NCBI GenBank assembly: GCA_013115125.1
Contig: JABANN010000079.1
Location: 1-64,000 of the forward strand
DNA: 64,000 nt
Direction of reading: 5' to 3'
DNA from: Perkinsus olseni
Lineage: Eukaryota
This document shows positions 50,401 through 62,488 of the stretch, piece after piece. Positions within the stretch are counted from its first letter, which is position 1. Each line of letters starts with the position of its first letter. Position numbers and translations under genes: made by a program. The notes under the pieces were generated by a model. It was not told where the DNA came from, did not search any database, and was given only the letters and a program-made list of their open reading frames with translations.

Positions 50401-53034
50401 AAATATTGAGATCATGAAGCTGCTGCTGGAGAACGGAGCCGACCCCAACAGATCAGAGTAGGTTCGGCAAAAGATGGTACTGGCATCCTTCAGCAGGCCG
50501 ACTACTTTCACTGCTCTCTATGCCGCCATCAACAAGGGACAGAATGAGGCTGTTAAGCTGTTGCTGGAGTGGCAGGCAGATCCCAACCAAGTCGTCGGCA
50601 ACGTGGACCCGGCCAAGCGCTCCTTCGGTGACCTAGCTGGGCTCTGTTCATTCCTGTCTGTGATTACACGCAGAAGCAGCAGTATGATAATGGTTCGTGT
50701 TTCGTCAGGGACATCACCATTGGCGGCGGCTATCAAGAAGGGCTCATCGGAGTTGGTAGATCTACTACTGGATACCGGAGATGTCGCCCTAAGTAGTAGT
50801 TCATAATGATCCAGCTGAGCCTCCTACAATGCCCCTTCGTGTCCCTTTTCATCTGGGACGAGGTGTGTCTTAGCGGCCGAGGAGTTCAAGACCGCCTTCG
50901 AAAAGAAGTCCAAACCTTCTATTAAGCGGCTAATGAAAGCCCTATCGCCGGATTTCCCAGCAAGATACCAGGTAGGAATCTTCGCTGTGCGCGCCTTGAT
51001 GGCCGTTTCCCACCCCAGGCTATATGGGAGCTACGCAGCTCCAATGGAGAATCCTTGATTCAACACTTCGCTCGGAAGGGAGATGTTAAGATACTCGAGA
51101 TGGCCAATGAGTATCAGACGGTTTTGCTGCCTTCTTCCATCGTTGCACGCATGCTCATGGGACGCACCGGTCGTCGCCAGGTTCAACGCTAACTTTGGGG
51201 AGAGATTCGCCTCTGTATTGGGAGGCGCTCCTCTTGATATCCAGGTTGAAGAGGCGGAGGCTGGTGCTGGCTCTGCCGTAAGGGGTGGCTGCTTGTGGCA
51301 CGGGGCCCGGCTCCTGACGTCTCTCAAATATCTCGTTCCCGCTGCTGGGACATGTGAATGGATTTGGGGGGATCTGAGCTTGAAATAGTGTAGAAAGCGT
51401 CCTTTTCTGAATATGAAGTATGAGAGGGTAGGTTGATCCTCATTGTGTTATCAGCTGAGCATAGCGGCATTGGCCGGTAAAGACAAGGCTGTGACCTGGC
51501 TCATAGAGAAGGCGAAGGTCCCTGTTAGATGGGAGTCTCTGGTAAGCAGCTCCCAACCTGACCATTCCCAGGAGCTCTTCCCCGCAGGCAAAAATACTCA
51601 TACAGTTGTGTAGAGTGAAGATCAAGATCGTCCCAGTCGTCCAGGTGAGACTTCCGCGTATTCACCGCTCTAAGAAAGAGCATTACTGACCTCATCCGTT
51701 GTTGGCTCCCGGTTTGATACTTCAGATACTCATACCAATTTATGAACGCCTCGCACCGGATTTTGATGAGGCCAACGCATCGGACGACGAAGAGCTTGTT
51801 ACCATAACCGATTTATTCGCGGAGGCGGTGAAGGCACCGAATTATCAACTGGTTAAGTAATGATGCATCGTTGGTCCTCCTCGGTGACGGGTTGGGGTCT
51901 TCAGGTACTTACTTGACGACCATAAAAGAGGGATAAATCTCAAGTAAGAGGACCAGGCTGTGTTTGAGTCTGATGAGCGTTTGGGTGAACTCATGTGTCA
52001 CAAAGGCGGCGGAGCGAAGCACGTCTATGGGGCCATTTTAGAAGCTGCGAGCTGCAATGTCTTGCTCCTCGTCTTCTTTCGAATAGCCCATCTCATCAGG
52101 CGCTTACTGGAAAGCTATGGTCCGACTATTATGTTCCGCAGTGATAGTGTGACGAGCTTATCCAACTCGCTGGGTGCAATCGAAGGCGTTGCTCTCGAGG
52201 GAGGGCTCGTTGTGGAAGCTGTCAAAACTAAGGATGCCAAGGTCAGAGCGACGAGGGGCGGCACTTGTTAGTACATGGGAGCGTTGGCTCTGCGGGTCTG
52301 AGGATTGTCATGCTAGTCTTCGAATGTTGAGATTTGCAGTGCAGATGTGGTTGTTTTTCTCGCATTGGTAGGTTGTAAAGCTGCTGGTGGAATTCCTTAA
52401 TGGCGGTATGATAAAGCTCAATGAGGAGGACCAAGATACGTGGAACCTTACACAAGCGATTGGGCTGGCACAGGAGCAAGGGGCCACCGAAACGTCGGAA
52501 TGTAACCGAGGCCGAAGGCATTCCGCTTCATCCACCTCACACCGGCCGTTTTTCACAGTGCTTACGATCGGCAGGCCCTGTTTCTGGGATCGCTATGGTG
52601 CGGGCGCTATCCAATTTTCTCCGCAATAACGATGCGCATAGCGAGTGGACGTTGGTGCTTGTCACTCAGGGCTGGCTTCTCACCTGCCCCGGCCAAAAGA
52701 GGATAAGTCCGGTACATCCTTCTTCACGAATGAATCCAATAAGAAAAGTAGTATCCTCGAGTGCCCACCATCCGACGTCGTTGTTCATCGGGCCGAGCGT
52801 AGATCCGTCAGTTGTCGATCTTGTTCAGATTATGGCGGCCGCAGAAGCTCGAAGGCTCCTCCGAGTAGTAGTGGCTGGAGAGAGCTTCACATCTTTTATC
52901 TTACCGGACTCTCCTTTTTCCTTTATCTGTCAGGCACTAAGCGGTCCTCTCTGATATCCCAGTTCAAGTCTACTGGGAAAGAGTTCGCCACATCATCGGC
53001 TAGGGGATCTGCATTGTTCAGTAACAATCAGTGA
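47488..53034 (+). CDS. Ankyrin-repeat protein, possibly the C-terminal part of the upstream channel; multi-exon
   Basis: Ankyrin exons: ALCVAAREGNLRI, DCVDEDGLRPLFHAI, HARIVTALLVAGADAD, YSLVHYASESGQEKLLYSLLLKRADP, LLEHGADPIATNTLGQTALDIA, YAAERGNIEIMKLLLENGADPN, TALYAAINKGQNEAVKLLLEWQADPN, TSPLAAAIKKGSSELVDLLLDTG. Probable stop at 53034. Confidence 0.8.
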
Positions 53035-53304
53035 GCCCCTCAGGCTGCATCATGTATCCGTGCTAACAGCGTGCATGGAGAGTCTCCCGTTACCTGTATA
53101 GATCGCCTTCCTTGCGTTGCCAGTTAATGGTTTGGTGTGCTTCCTGAGTGTTGGGTGGGCCGGGTGCCCACGAGAGGAGATAGTAGTCTTTACTACTGGA
53201 TGCCTGGGCGTATGTATCATGTTGAGTTGTGAGCTCTCATTCCCCCGCTCGAAGTATCTATTTCCGTTAGCTCCTCTACGGCCCAGTGGAGTGAGCGGCT
53301 GTTG

Positions 53305-56300
53305 ATGAAGCTCGGCATCGCTCTTTTATGCCTTCTTTGGGGCATGCAGGCTGAAGCAGGAGGTCGCACTCTGGACGCCGATTTCCCTCAATTTGTGGTA
53401 GTACGTGACGCAACGGGGAGAACAAGCTCGGAAAGGCTCGATCGGAAGGGCGATGCTAACTGAATTAAATACAAGCTTCGAATTTTTATTTTATTATTGG
53501 CACCGTTTAGTCGCATTGTATTGGTTGCATCGTTAAGTGGCGTTGGACAGTTCAGCTAACTCCTGGTTCGTGTGACGAGATGGTATCATCATCGGCTTCC
53601 TGTCGCTCATCAGAGAACATCTCGTAGGGGCGTTCGACTCACTGCGAGATTCTCCGATTAGTGAGACTGATTCAGCAGGAGAGCATTCGCTTCTTCATGC
53701 GGGCTATCGCTATCTCGCACCGTGTTAGTTTATTGCCCGGGACGATCAGCTTGGTAGCCTGGGGTTCTCAGGGATATCTTCGTGACCGGTGCGGCATGGA
53801 GAAGGTCGCCGATCCTGACATTGATACTGCCATTCTCGACCGTCTGTCGATGGAAGCAGATACCACAGGTAGAGGGGCATGGGAGCCCCACCAGTAATGT
53901 ATAGCACTTCCGATGTCGATTGATGCAGTGGGCAAGTGTCTCTGTGGGTATCGGTTTTGAAGGTTGAGGATAGCTTGGCCAAGGCCTGGATCGATTGGCT
54001 CCGGTTTTTATCAGGTAGAGATGATAGACCGTGGCTGCTGTGGTATACGACTGATGGTAAGATCACGCCCCCCGGTAGGAGCTCATCACCAGTGAGAAAG
54101 TCTTTTGGGTCAATGCTCGACCGCGGTGATAATCAGGTTGCTAACGCGACGTTCTTCCCATACTGGGAAAGGCTGGGTTGGGGTATGCTGTACGGTGGTT
54201 TCGACACCCCTCAAGAGTCACAGGAGCGCCATCACAAAATGTAAGTCGAGGTTTGCTGTGGCATTGTAGACTAGGGAGCAAAACAGTACTAAAATACCGC
54301 CTACCTGGACAGTTTGATGCACGGTACTACAAGTACCGCTCTGTCCCGTTAGCGATACGCTATGGGTAGCGAATCCGGGTGGGGGCCAAAAGAAGCACCC
54401 CCTCACTCCCACACTGGGCTTGAACTTTGTAGTCTACAGCTAGCCTGATCTAGTAACTGCTTGACTTCCCCTTGTACATGTCTAAGCAACAAAACTCACC
54501 AAGTCGCTGGCTCCCTTTGGAAAGGGTGCTCCTCAACGTCGTTGGGTGGCGTCGAACTTCCCTGCTGGAGAGAACGATTTCGGAGCTGCCTGCTGGCTGC
54601 TCTGTGGTCCACAGACTGTGGATCACAGACTGTGGTGACGTCGTCTTTTCACAGCTGGCCTTATGGACTCTTCTCCTCGTCCACCCAGTTAACATCCACC
54701 GACATCCTGTCCTGCGCCTCCACTGGCGACGTGGAGTCTCCACAGTGGAACTCTTTTTGACAACGTTTGCTATCTCGTATGATACTACCAGGCCCTACTC
54801 CTCCCGGAGAAGGTCTCCTTCAGCGTCTGCACGGTCAATGGCCTCATACCACTCAGGCTGGGTGGTATGCTAAGTGACTCAGCATCCATGTCCTCTTCGT
54901 ATCCCTGGTCATCTGGTGACCGATCTTGGTGGAGGCCTGAAGCTCTCTACTTTCTTGAGCAGACTTTGGCACGGCTTCATTCCTCCCAGCTGGAGACGTA
55001 TCAAGAACATCACGACCTCAGACTATCAGACCTTGGGCGCCCTTAGCACGGCTCTCATGGCTGCCACAGCACTAACCACCCGCCTCTCCCTCGGTGGCTT
55101 CATCGACCCTACCTCCGGTATATGCTTCATGGGGTATCTAATTGATCTCGGGTTCGGCCGAGACGGTACAGTCCGCTGCAGGAATGCTCTAGAGTGCCTT
55201 CTAACTGAACTCCATGCTGCAGTCACCGACGGCCGCATTCCGGACTGCTCCTTACTCGCCAACGGCAACTCACGCTCTCCCCTCATTGAGTCTATTCTGA
55301 CCAGATTTTCCGGCTTCACTCACCCCGATCACCATCTATACTCCTGCCGGAGGGAAGGGAAAAGAATAGAACTGCTATTCGACTATATCACCTCCACTGA
55401 AAGATATCCTCGAGAAGTTCGACGTCAGCAAATGTGAGCCAAGTTGTCTTGCTCTCTAGTCTTGAAGGTCCGACGTTGCGGCAGTGACTCCGCGAACAAC
55501 TCTGATGACTTCATAGGTATCGTGAAGATACTATCTCTCTTATACCACTAAAGGCGAATATTGACAAACTGCACTCTGTCGCGAGATTCAGTCCATCCAG
55601 TTGCTCCTCGATATGCTGCCTGAGCTGTCTTTTGTCTGTATATTTGTCGATAGCGGTGCGGTAAACCCGCATTGGATTCGTTAATTGTTGTATTCAAGTA
55701 CAGAGTGGAAAATCACACTCAGTTCGGATTTCCTAGGCGAAGGCCCTCGAGAGTTACGGACTCTCTACGAGACACGATGAAAACGCATTCCGGGTCTTTC
55801 GAGATCCTTTCACAAAGGATAAAAGCTATCTATGTGTCGTTGGATCACGTTTCGGGAATTGATGTTGCTGCCGTTGGGTCGACTGAGTTCACTGAACTAC
55901 GTTCTTCAACTAAGTTGAAGTATTGACCCAGTGGAGTTGGGTGGATCCTTAGTAGTTTCTTGGTGTATAGGTACGCTATGGGATATTTAGAGGGGTTGGC
56001 AACGGCAGAATATCTATGGCTGTTCTATCATCTTAATACAGAGAGGATCGTCGGTCCCCCTGGAGAACGGACTCCCGGTGGTACTTGGATGAAGGACTCG
56101 TAAGTCCGTCGAAAAAACCTCAGCCGAACTCGTAGTCGGCTCTGCTCGCCCGAGGGAGGAAACCTCGCTGCACTCTATTGACGAGGCGGGCGTGTCAGCA
56201 GGTACTTTGCTCCCATTCTAACCAACTTCATGGAGGGCAACCATAATCATCAAGAGTGCCGACTGGAGCCCGACTACCTCCAACTCGCTCTCGGCTATTA

Positions 56301-58297
56301 CTGTCAACTCCTCGGTCTCCTCGATGGTTATAACAGAGCTGTAGGGACCAATTCCAGAGCTAAGGTGAGGCTTAGCCCCGATACAAGTATAGACCTTGTC
56401 GTTGGAAATAGAAAAGCTCGGGCATTTGTACGGTGACAGCCGTTAGGCAGGCCTCATCGACTGCAGTGGGGTCGACGAGTCGATCTTTCTCAGTACACGC
56501 CCTCGACCTCCAAGAGTATCCTCACCTTCCTCGACATTCTTGCCATCAATGCAGATGGTCAACTACCTGAGCTCCAACAGATCGGTACGGCTGCCTTCCT
56601 TGTTCACGCGTCCCTCTGCCGCCTCAGGTCTCGATCATCAGTCGCTCGGGGAGATTCGACCACATAAACATGACGAGAGGGAAGTATTGAATTCATTGGA
56701 GAAAGCATCGGTCCCTCAACGCTGCAGTGCGCTCGTGAAACTCGTACGCAACAGCGCAGGCTTGGTGACAGATGTCATCTCCGCTCAGTAAGATGCTCAT
56801 CGTTGTTTACAGACTCCTCCCTGGAGGTCGATTGAGAACTTGAGCCCGACTCGTGTAATCGTAGCTATTGTACCCTCGTGCGTATTCATCGTTTCGACAG
56901 GACGCATTTATATACAGATAGGGCTATACAAATACATGTATGAATAGAAAGATGAATTGTGTAAAGACTACCAATTCTACCAATTCCCAGAGAGATGAAT
57001 CGTACAATATGATTAGAATACTATGTAGATTTGGAAGGCGGCATTTGTGAGCAGGTAGATTGTGACCTGCAACGTATATAGCGCAATTTCTTGGTATAGA
57101 AGTTATATCCGTAACTTGGTATGATACCAAGCGTTGAATGTGTCGTTCAAGGGGGAGTGCCCGTCCTTATCTAGCGTACTCGGCTGTATCCTCAGCACCA
57201 CTTGGGAGAGCTTCCCTGAGATGGTCCGGGTGATGAAGGAGATCTCCGCTCCGATGGTCAAGCAGGACAGGACGGATGCTACTTTGCAGTTTTCCAGCTA
57301 CCCGGGCTGCATCAGCAGTAGGGCCTCCCGTGAGGCCCAACCGGACCCTTGTCGTTGCGCAGGTACGGACGACTGGGTTATACGGCCATCGATGTGGCTG
57401 GTGTCGTTCGAGACCACCACTAACATCATACAGCCTGGCCAGTTTGGAACGCCGGAGTTCACGCCAGATTTCATCAGAATAATGATCGTCGTGTCGTTGT
57501 CTCATGACACTGAGTCGTGGAAGAATATCATGGAGACGTGCGACCTTCCCAGTGGAACTTACAACTCCCAGTGGCTTGTAGTTGACTACCAGAAGGTGAA
57601 GCAGGCTGCTGACGATAAGTCGGCCAATCTCCTGGACGGCTCGGTTATGGTTCTGGAAAGCGCTCCCGGAGCTGAGGAAAACGAGTATGGCGTGTTCGAG
57701 TCACGAGATATGTCAAAACACGTCAGTGAGAATGGCCACTTCGCTGGCTTCAACGAGGCTATGTTCCCGACCATCCGACGGCATCTCGGTTCTGACAGCG
57801 CCCCCTACCCTCAGGACGGACGCTATGCTGTCTTCCAGCAGCTCGCACCGATGGTACATGACATCGCCACTATGTACTCGGTGATGCAGTTCAACGAGCC
57901 GGGGAATCGCGGAAGCATTGCGCCTTTGAATGCCGATGACGGTGGTGCGGATTTGAAGATCACCAACTTGGCCACGATGAAGGAGAAGGGGGGCTCCTGG
58001 GCGTACAGCGGCCCACCGCGCGTACATGGGTATACAGCGGACGGTAGAGCGAGGAGGAATGAGTATGTCGAAAAGAAAATGAGCGACTTCTTCGAGTCAC
58101 CCAAGGCTAGGCTGAGCTGGGAGTTCCCGTTGGTCCTTTTCGTTGCACAAGATCAGCGCATGTGTATGTCTAAACGATGCCAGCCTGACTTCATGACAGA
58201 TCCGAGAGACTTGAAGACGATAGTGAATAACAGTCCTTCGTCGTCCATCAGTATGGATGCGGCTGATTGCGCATATTTGTGCGTTGAGAGAGAATGA
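53305..58297 (+). CDS. Phospholipase B-like protein (PLBD family, Ntn-hydrolase); secreted or lysosomal
   Basis: Signal peptide MKLGIALLCLLWGMQAEA. YAMGYLEGLATAEYLW. Nucleophile motif RCSALVKLV...ISAH|TTW. FSSYPGCISS, SFETT, SGTYNSQWLVVDY, ADLKIT. Last large exon ends at 58297. Confidence 0.88.
54280..55437 (+). mobile_element. Probable degenerate non-LTR retrotransposon 3' relic in a 1.7-kb intron of the phospholipase B gene
   Basis: Intronless, frameshifted peptides loosely resemble RNase H (LKYRLP; WITD; LRLHWRRG) and the C-terminal Cys/His region (ICFMGYLIDLGFGRDGTVRCRNALECLL). The host intron (54242-55971) is about 30 times the typical length. Resemblance judged by eye only. Confidence 0.4.
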
Positions 58298-58913
58298 ATT
58301 ATACACGGTAACATGGTCTAGGCTGTCAGTTCTCTGCATTAGCGTGTTGTGTTGCATAGTCGGAGGGTATGAGCATTCCACGGCACGATACCTTGATCAC
58401 GAGTGAACTGCCGAAGACTCTAGAATTCACTCCATTCGCTCGCGACAAGGAACTCTTCACGCAAGTAAACCAAGGGAACAAGACTTAGCGTTTCCGGTGC
58501 AACCTTTCTGTCACTATGACGAGGAGGTGTGAATCGAGCGAAGGGCGGAGCTCTTGAAAGCTTGGGCATACGTGAAGGCCACGCCACCAACCCAGAATAG
58601 TGAAGAATCACATATAGACACTTCGATCAACTCAATTCGACAGCTGCTCAGTTGTCGGTGAAATTACCATTCTGCATTTCTGTGATGACACTGCAGGAGC
58701 GACAGCTGCTGCTGCTGGTGCTGCTGCTGCCAGCAGTCATAACATGGGTACGTGTATGATAACGTCAGTGATGATCAATAAGTCGTCAGCATATTAGTGA
58801 ATTCGCACAACAGTGGTGGCGGACAGTATACAGCCGAGTAGTAACGACAAACAATTAATATCTCCATCATGCGGAGAAGTGGGGGATGACGAAACCGATA
58901 AACCAACGCCGAG

Positions 58914-60377
58914 CTAGAGCTGCTGCTGCTGCTGCTGACCGTAGCGGCTGCTGGCAGCATCGCCGAGAGTACTGCTGGTGGTGGTGCAACTTTGCGGTTG
59001 GATACACAAATCCAGATCATGGTCGTATCTGACAACTTGTGGAAGGCATCCTTGGATGAGATATTGTTCCTGAAGGCAGAACAGCCGAGTAGTTAACTGA
59101 CCGTCCCTTTAACTCATGTCTCGACAGGATACGACGGTCGTGAACAGCGAAGCAACGCGGGAAACAGTGACAGTTCATCACAGCCAAAATCGCTTGTCAA
59201 TAACAGACGGTCGGGCACCAATCAGGTCACAAATTCATCGGACGTAATCGGGTAAAAAAAGAGGTAGTGCGGAGGGGTTACTTTTTTGAGATGTTCCAAG
59301 TCGGGCTTTTCCATGAACTTCAGACTCTTACAGAGAAGGTAACTGCTCTTATCACATCCTCTAACTGCTGCCAGCTCATTGAGGACATGGCAAGCGTTGA
59401 TGACGGCCAAACGTTCGTGGGCCGAATCGCCAAGAGAGACCACACAGCGGCGACGGCTGAAAACGGGAGTACACGAGGGGATATGAAGTGACTTACCCTG
59501 CAACTGGAGGGCTCGAGAAATGCTCAGAGATTGCTTGCTTGAAAGACTGATCCTTCCATTCGAACGCTGATGCGAATCCCTGAGAACACGAGGCGATTTT
59601 TTAGGGGACATAGCGGAGAACTGACCTGAGGCTCGTATGCGGTCCTGGCTGAGATGTGGTGTATGTTGCTGAGGGTAGGCAGGAGGGACGGGAGGAACTT
59701 AGCACAGGTGAGGGGGATCCAACCGGCCTCGGCGTTGGTCACTATAATCACCGTGCCTACCAGTAACAGAGAGGTGCCAACAGGCATAACAGTGCTCCAA
59801 CTCCAGAACGATACGGCAGGGGAGAGTTAAAGATGAGTCTTTAGAGCAAACGATTCGGGTCGTCCCGATCTCTCTCAAGTTCGATGAGAAGACAGATCCT
59901 ACCGAACTCCATAGCTGTTAGTAGAGTATCTTTAACAAGCATAGCGTAGTCATCCAGTGCAGACATTAGTCCCGTCGGTGGGCTAGGGCCATCCACTCGG
60001 AAACCCTGAGGGAAATATCAGCACTACTGGGGCTACTGCCGCAGGGGTGGTAATACCCATTGAACAGTGAGGTAGCGGGTGGGAAGGATAGTATCGTCCC
60101 AGTCAAATATAATAAGAGTATCTTCTTTATTAACATAGTGACCACTGATAACATCAGATGAATCCTCAGAGGAGGAGTCGCTGCTAGAGGTCGTGGAAGC
60201 CCCGGCAACAGTAGAATCGAAGGAATTGCTACGCCGGGCAGTGAACCTGGCGGCCAATGACGTCTGGGGGAAAGAGGAAGAGGTTTTACATGCTGGTCGG
60301 AGCATGATGCCCTCGGACACTGTGAGCCTCCTCATCGGAGAGCTCTTTACCACGACCACCAACAACATGCTGTTCAT
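58914..60377 (-). CDS. HAD-superfamily-fold protein of the protist DWDDT family; multi-exon
   Basis: Motif I: TLIIFDWDDTILPT. Motif II: IIVTNAEAGWI. Motif III region: ISARTAYEP...WK. Motif IV: VVSLGDSAHER. Also KSLKFMEKP and DHDLDLCI. TAG at 58914-58916. Confidence 0.8.
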
Positions 60378-60696
60378 AAGGGACAGTTGTATCGGTGAGA
60401 GTATCGCCAGCTATCATTATTAAATGATTACCACTAGTAGTAGGAATATCCAAACCCCTATCATCGTAAACAACGTGCAGTACTCATCTCAGTGAAGCGG
60501 TGAACCCCTCCTTGATTACAGTACTGCCAGCCTTGTCCGGTTACAGGTCACTCGGCTGCTTACATAATGCGACGCTCACAGCTGGTAACATGCGCTGAGA
60601 AGTAGCGAATTTCGTGGCGCGTGACATGTTTCATCGCTCATCGTCGTCGCCATGCCATGCCATCAAGGTTGATGTTAGTGGTTTTCACTGATAAAT

Positions 60697-61951
60697 ATGT
60701 CGTCCTGCCCCCTCGGCTACGGCGGTGAATCCAGCACCGCGGACACCGCCCCTTCAGGCGGTCAAGGCGGGCAGAAGGAAGTAATTCCTCGGGCAGTGAA
60801 AATTGAACTGTTCAACGCTGAGGAGTGGCGCCGCCGGGATTGGCTTGGCGTGTCGAAGGGGCCTTGGGTGTCCTCTCGGACCTCGGCAAAGCTCAGAGCT
60901 GTCGAGCACCTGTGAGCTCTTAGTCTATCGAGACCGATCCACGGAACTCGTGCCACGGCATTCTTGGCTTATTCGTCTTGCTGTGAAATTACCGAAATTA
61001 TTGAAAGTGAAAAATTATTTCGATAATTTCATCGTTTCTTTATTTCTTGTGATATTATTTTTAACATCATCACGTTGATCATTCGAAGTCGTGTGAGTGC
61101 CCCTCTCTCGGATGACGCTTTCGAGGTTCCTGCTGGCAATAGGTCGGAACTGTCCAAGGAACGAACGACGTCAAGCATACCGGGAGTAGATGGAGAGATG
61201 TTCAAGTACCCGAGTGAGGATCAGTTCTATAAGACTGTTAAGCGGTGAGCATTCATAGTGGATAGCGGATCGTTAGTACTGCTACAGGAAAGGGCATGCT
61301 GTTGAGGCTGATGACATGCGGACTGTTGTGGCCATACATAATGCTGTCAATGAGAGTAAACAAATTCGGTTCGTGCTCAACGAGTGCGGGAAGTGCTGAT
61401 GAAGGCTTGTTTGCATGGGGGGTGTGGGCCTCAGGAGCATGGCATCAGATTAAGGAGGTGGAGGATCGTCTGCATGGTCGTGTATGCGCCAAAGAAGCCT
61501 TACGACTCGTCAAGTTTGTCGGGAGGCCAGGTAGTATCCTGAGAGACTAGCAGCCTTACGGGGCTCCTTGGATGTAAATGGGGATGTGTCGATCGCTTGG
61601 GTTGAACCCACGACCTCGGGGGTGAAGGACGGTACGCTTACCCAGGTGAGGTATCGCCCAAGTCGCGTATCATGCGGTTACTCGGAGGATGGACTGAGCC
61701 CTTCGACCGTCATGATTGGTACATTGATCGCTGCGGCACTACCGTGAGGTGAGCGTCCCTCTCTGCGGCATCTCCCGCGGATGATGACGACTAGGTACGT
61801 GGTTGACTTTTATGATGGAAGGCCCCCCGAGGGAACGGCTCACTTACCGCTTTCCCAGCAGCCAGTATCAATCTTCGTTGATGCCCGACCGGCCGTATCC
61901 ACCCTGAGTGACCTGTGGGATAGACTCCGGCTCTGGGGCGGATGGGCTTGA
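60697..61951 (+). CDS. HCCS: Holocytochrome c synthase (cytochrome c/c1 heme lyase); multi-exon
   Basis: N-terminal CP motif (MSSCPLG). [68 protein letters not shown]. Confidence 0.93.
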
Positions 61952-62488
61952 TGTGTGTCATGAGTTTCTGAGTCGATACGTCTTTCGTGTTCAAGGGCTT
62001 GCCAATTCGGAAATATCTTTGGGTCTTCGTCGTGAGTATCGGAAGTATGCTTTTCCTCAGTACACTTCGGCATCCCTAGTGGTTGCTACTTTCACTGGTC
62101 TCCCCGTCCCTTGGAGCCTTTGTCAAGTGGCCTTGGGATCCCTCCACTGCTGTTGGTACTACCACTCATCCAACTATTCGTCTGAGAGCATCTCGTTGCT
62201 ACAATCCGTGCCACTTCTTCCCCCGTGTCAAACCCGAACAAGCGTAGACGCACAGTGAAGGCAGTCACAACCGCAACCACCATTAAAGAAGACCAGAGCA
62301 ACAAGGAACCTACAAATCTGAGAGCTACTACACGAGACAGGTAGTAACGGCGGTAATAGGAATAGGAGATGATGATGATGGTCCGAGGTTCGATCCCCAG
62401 GCCTTGCGTTTTTTCTGTTGCGTATATGCGATTCTCTGGGTACTGTGGATTGGGGGATTCTTTTGTTCTTCCCAGTGCACCGGTGGCG

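Noticed and set aside
661-62398. Complete tRNA genes at the B-box-like hits
   Set aside because: No acceptor stem, D-arm/A-box or anticodon arm could be seen around the hits. They are reported only as orphan motifs.
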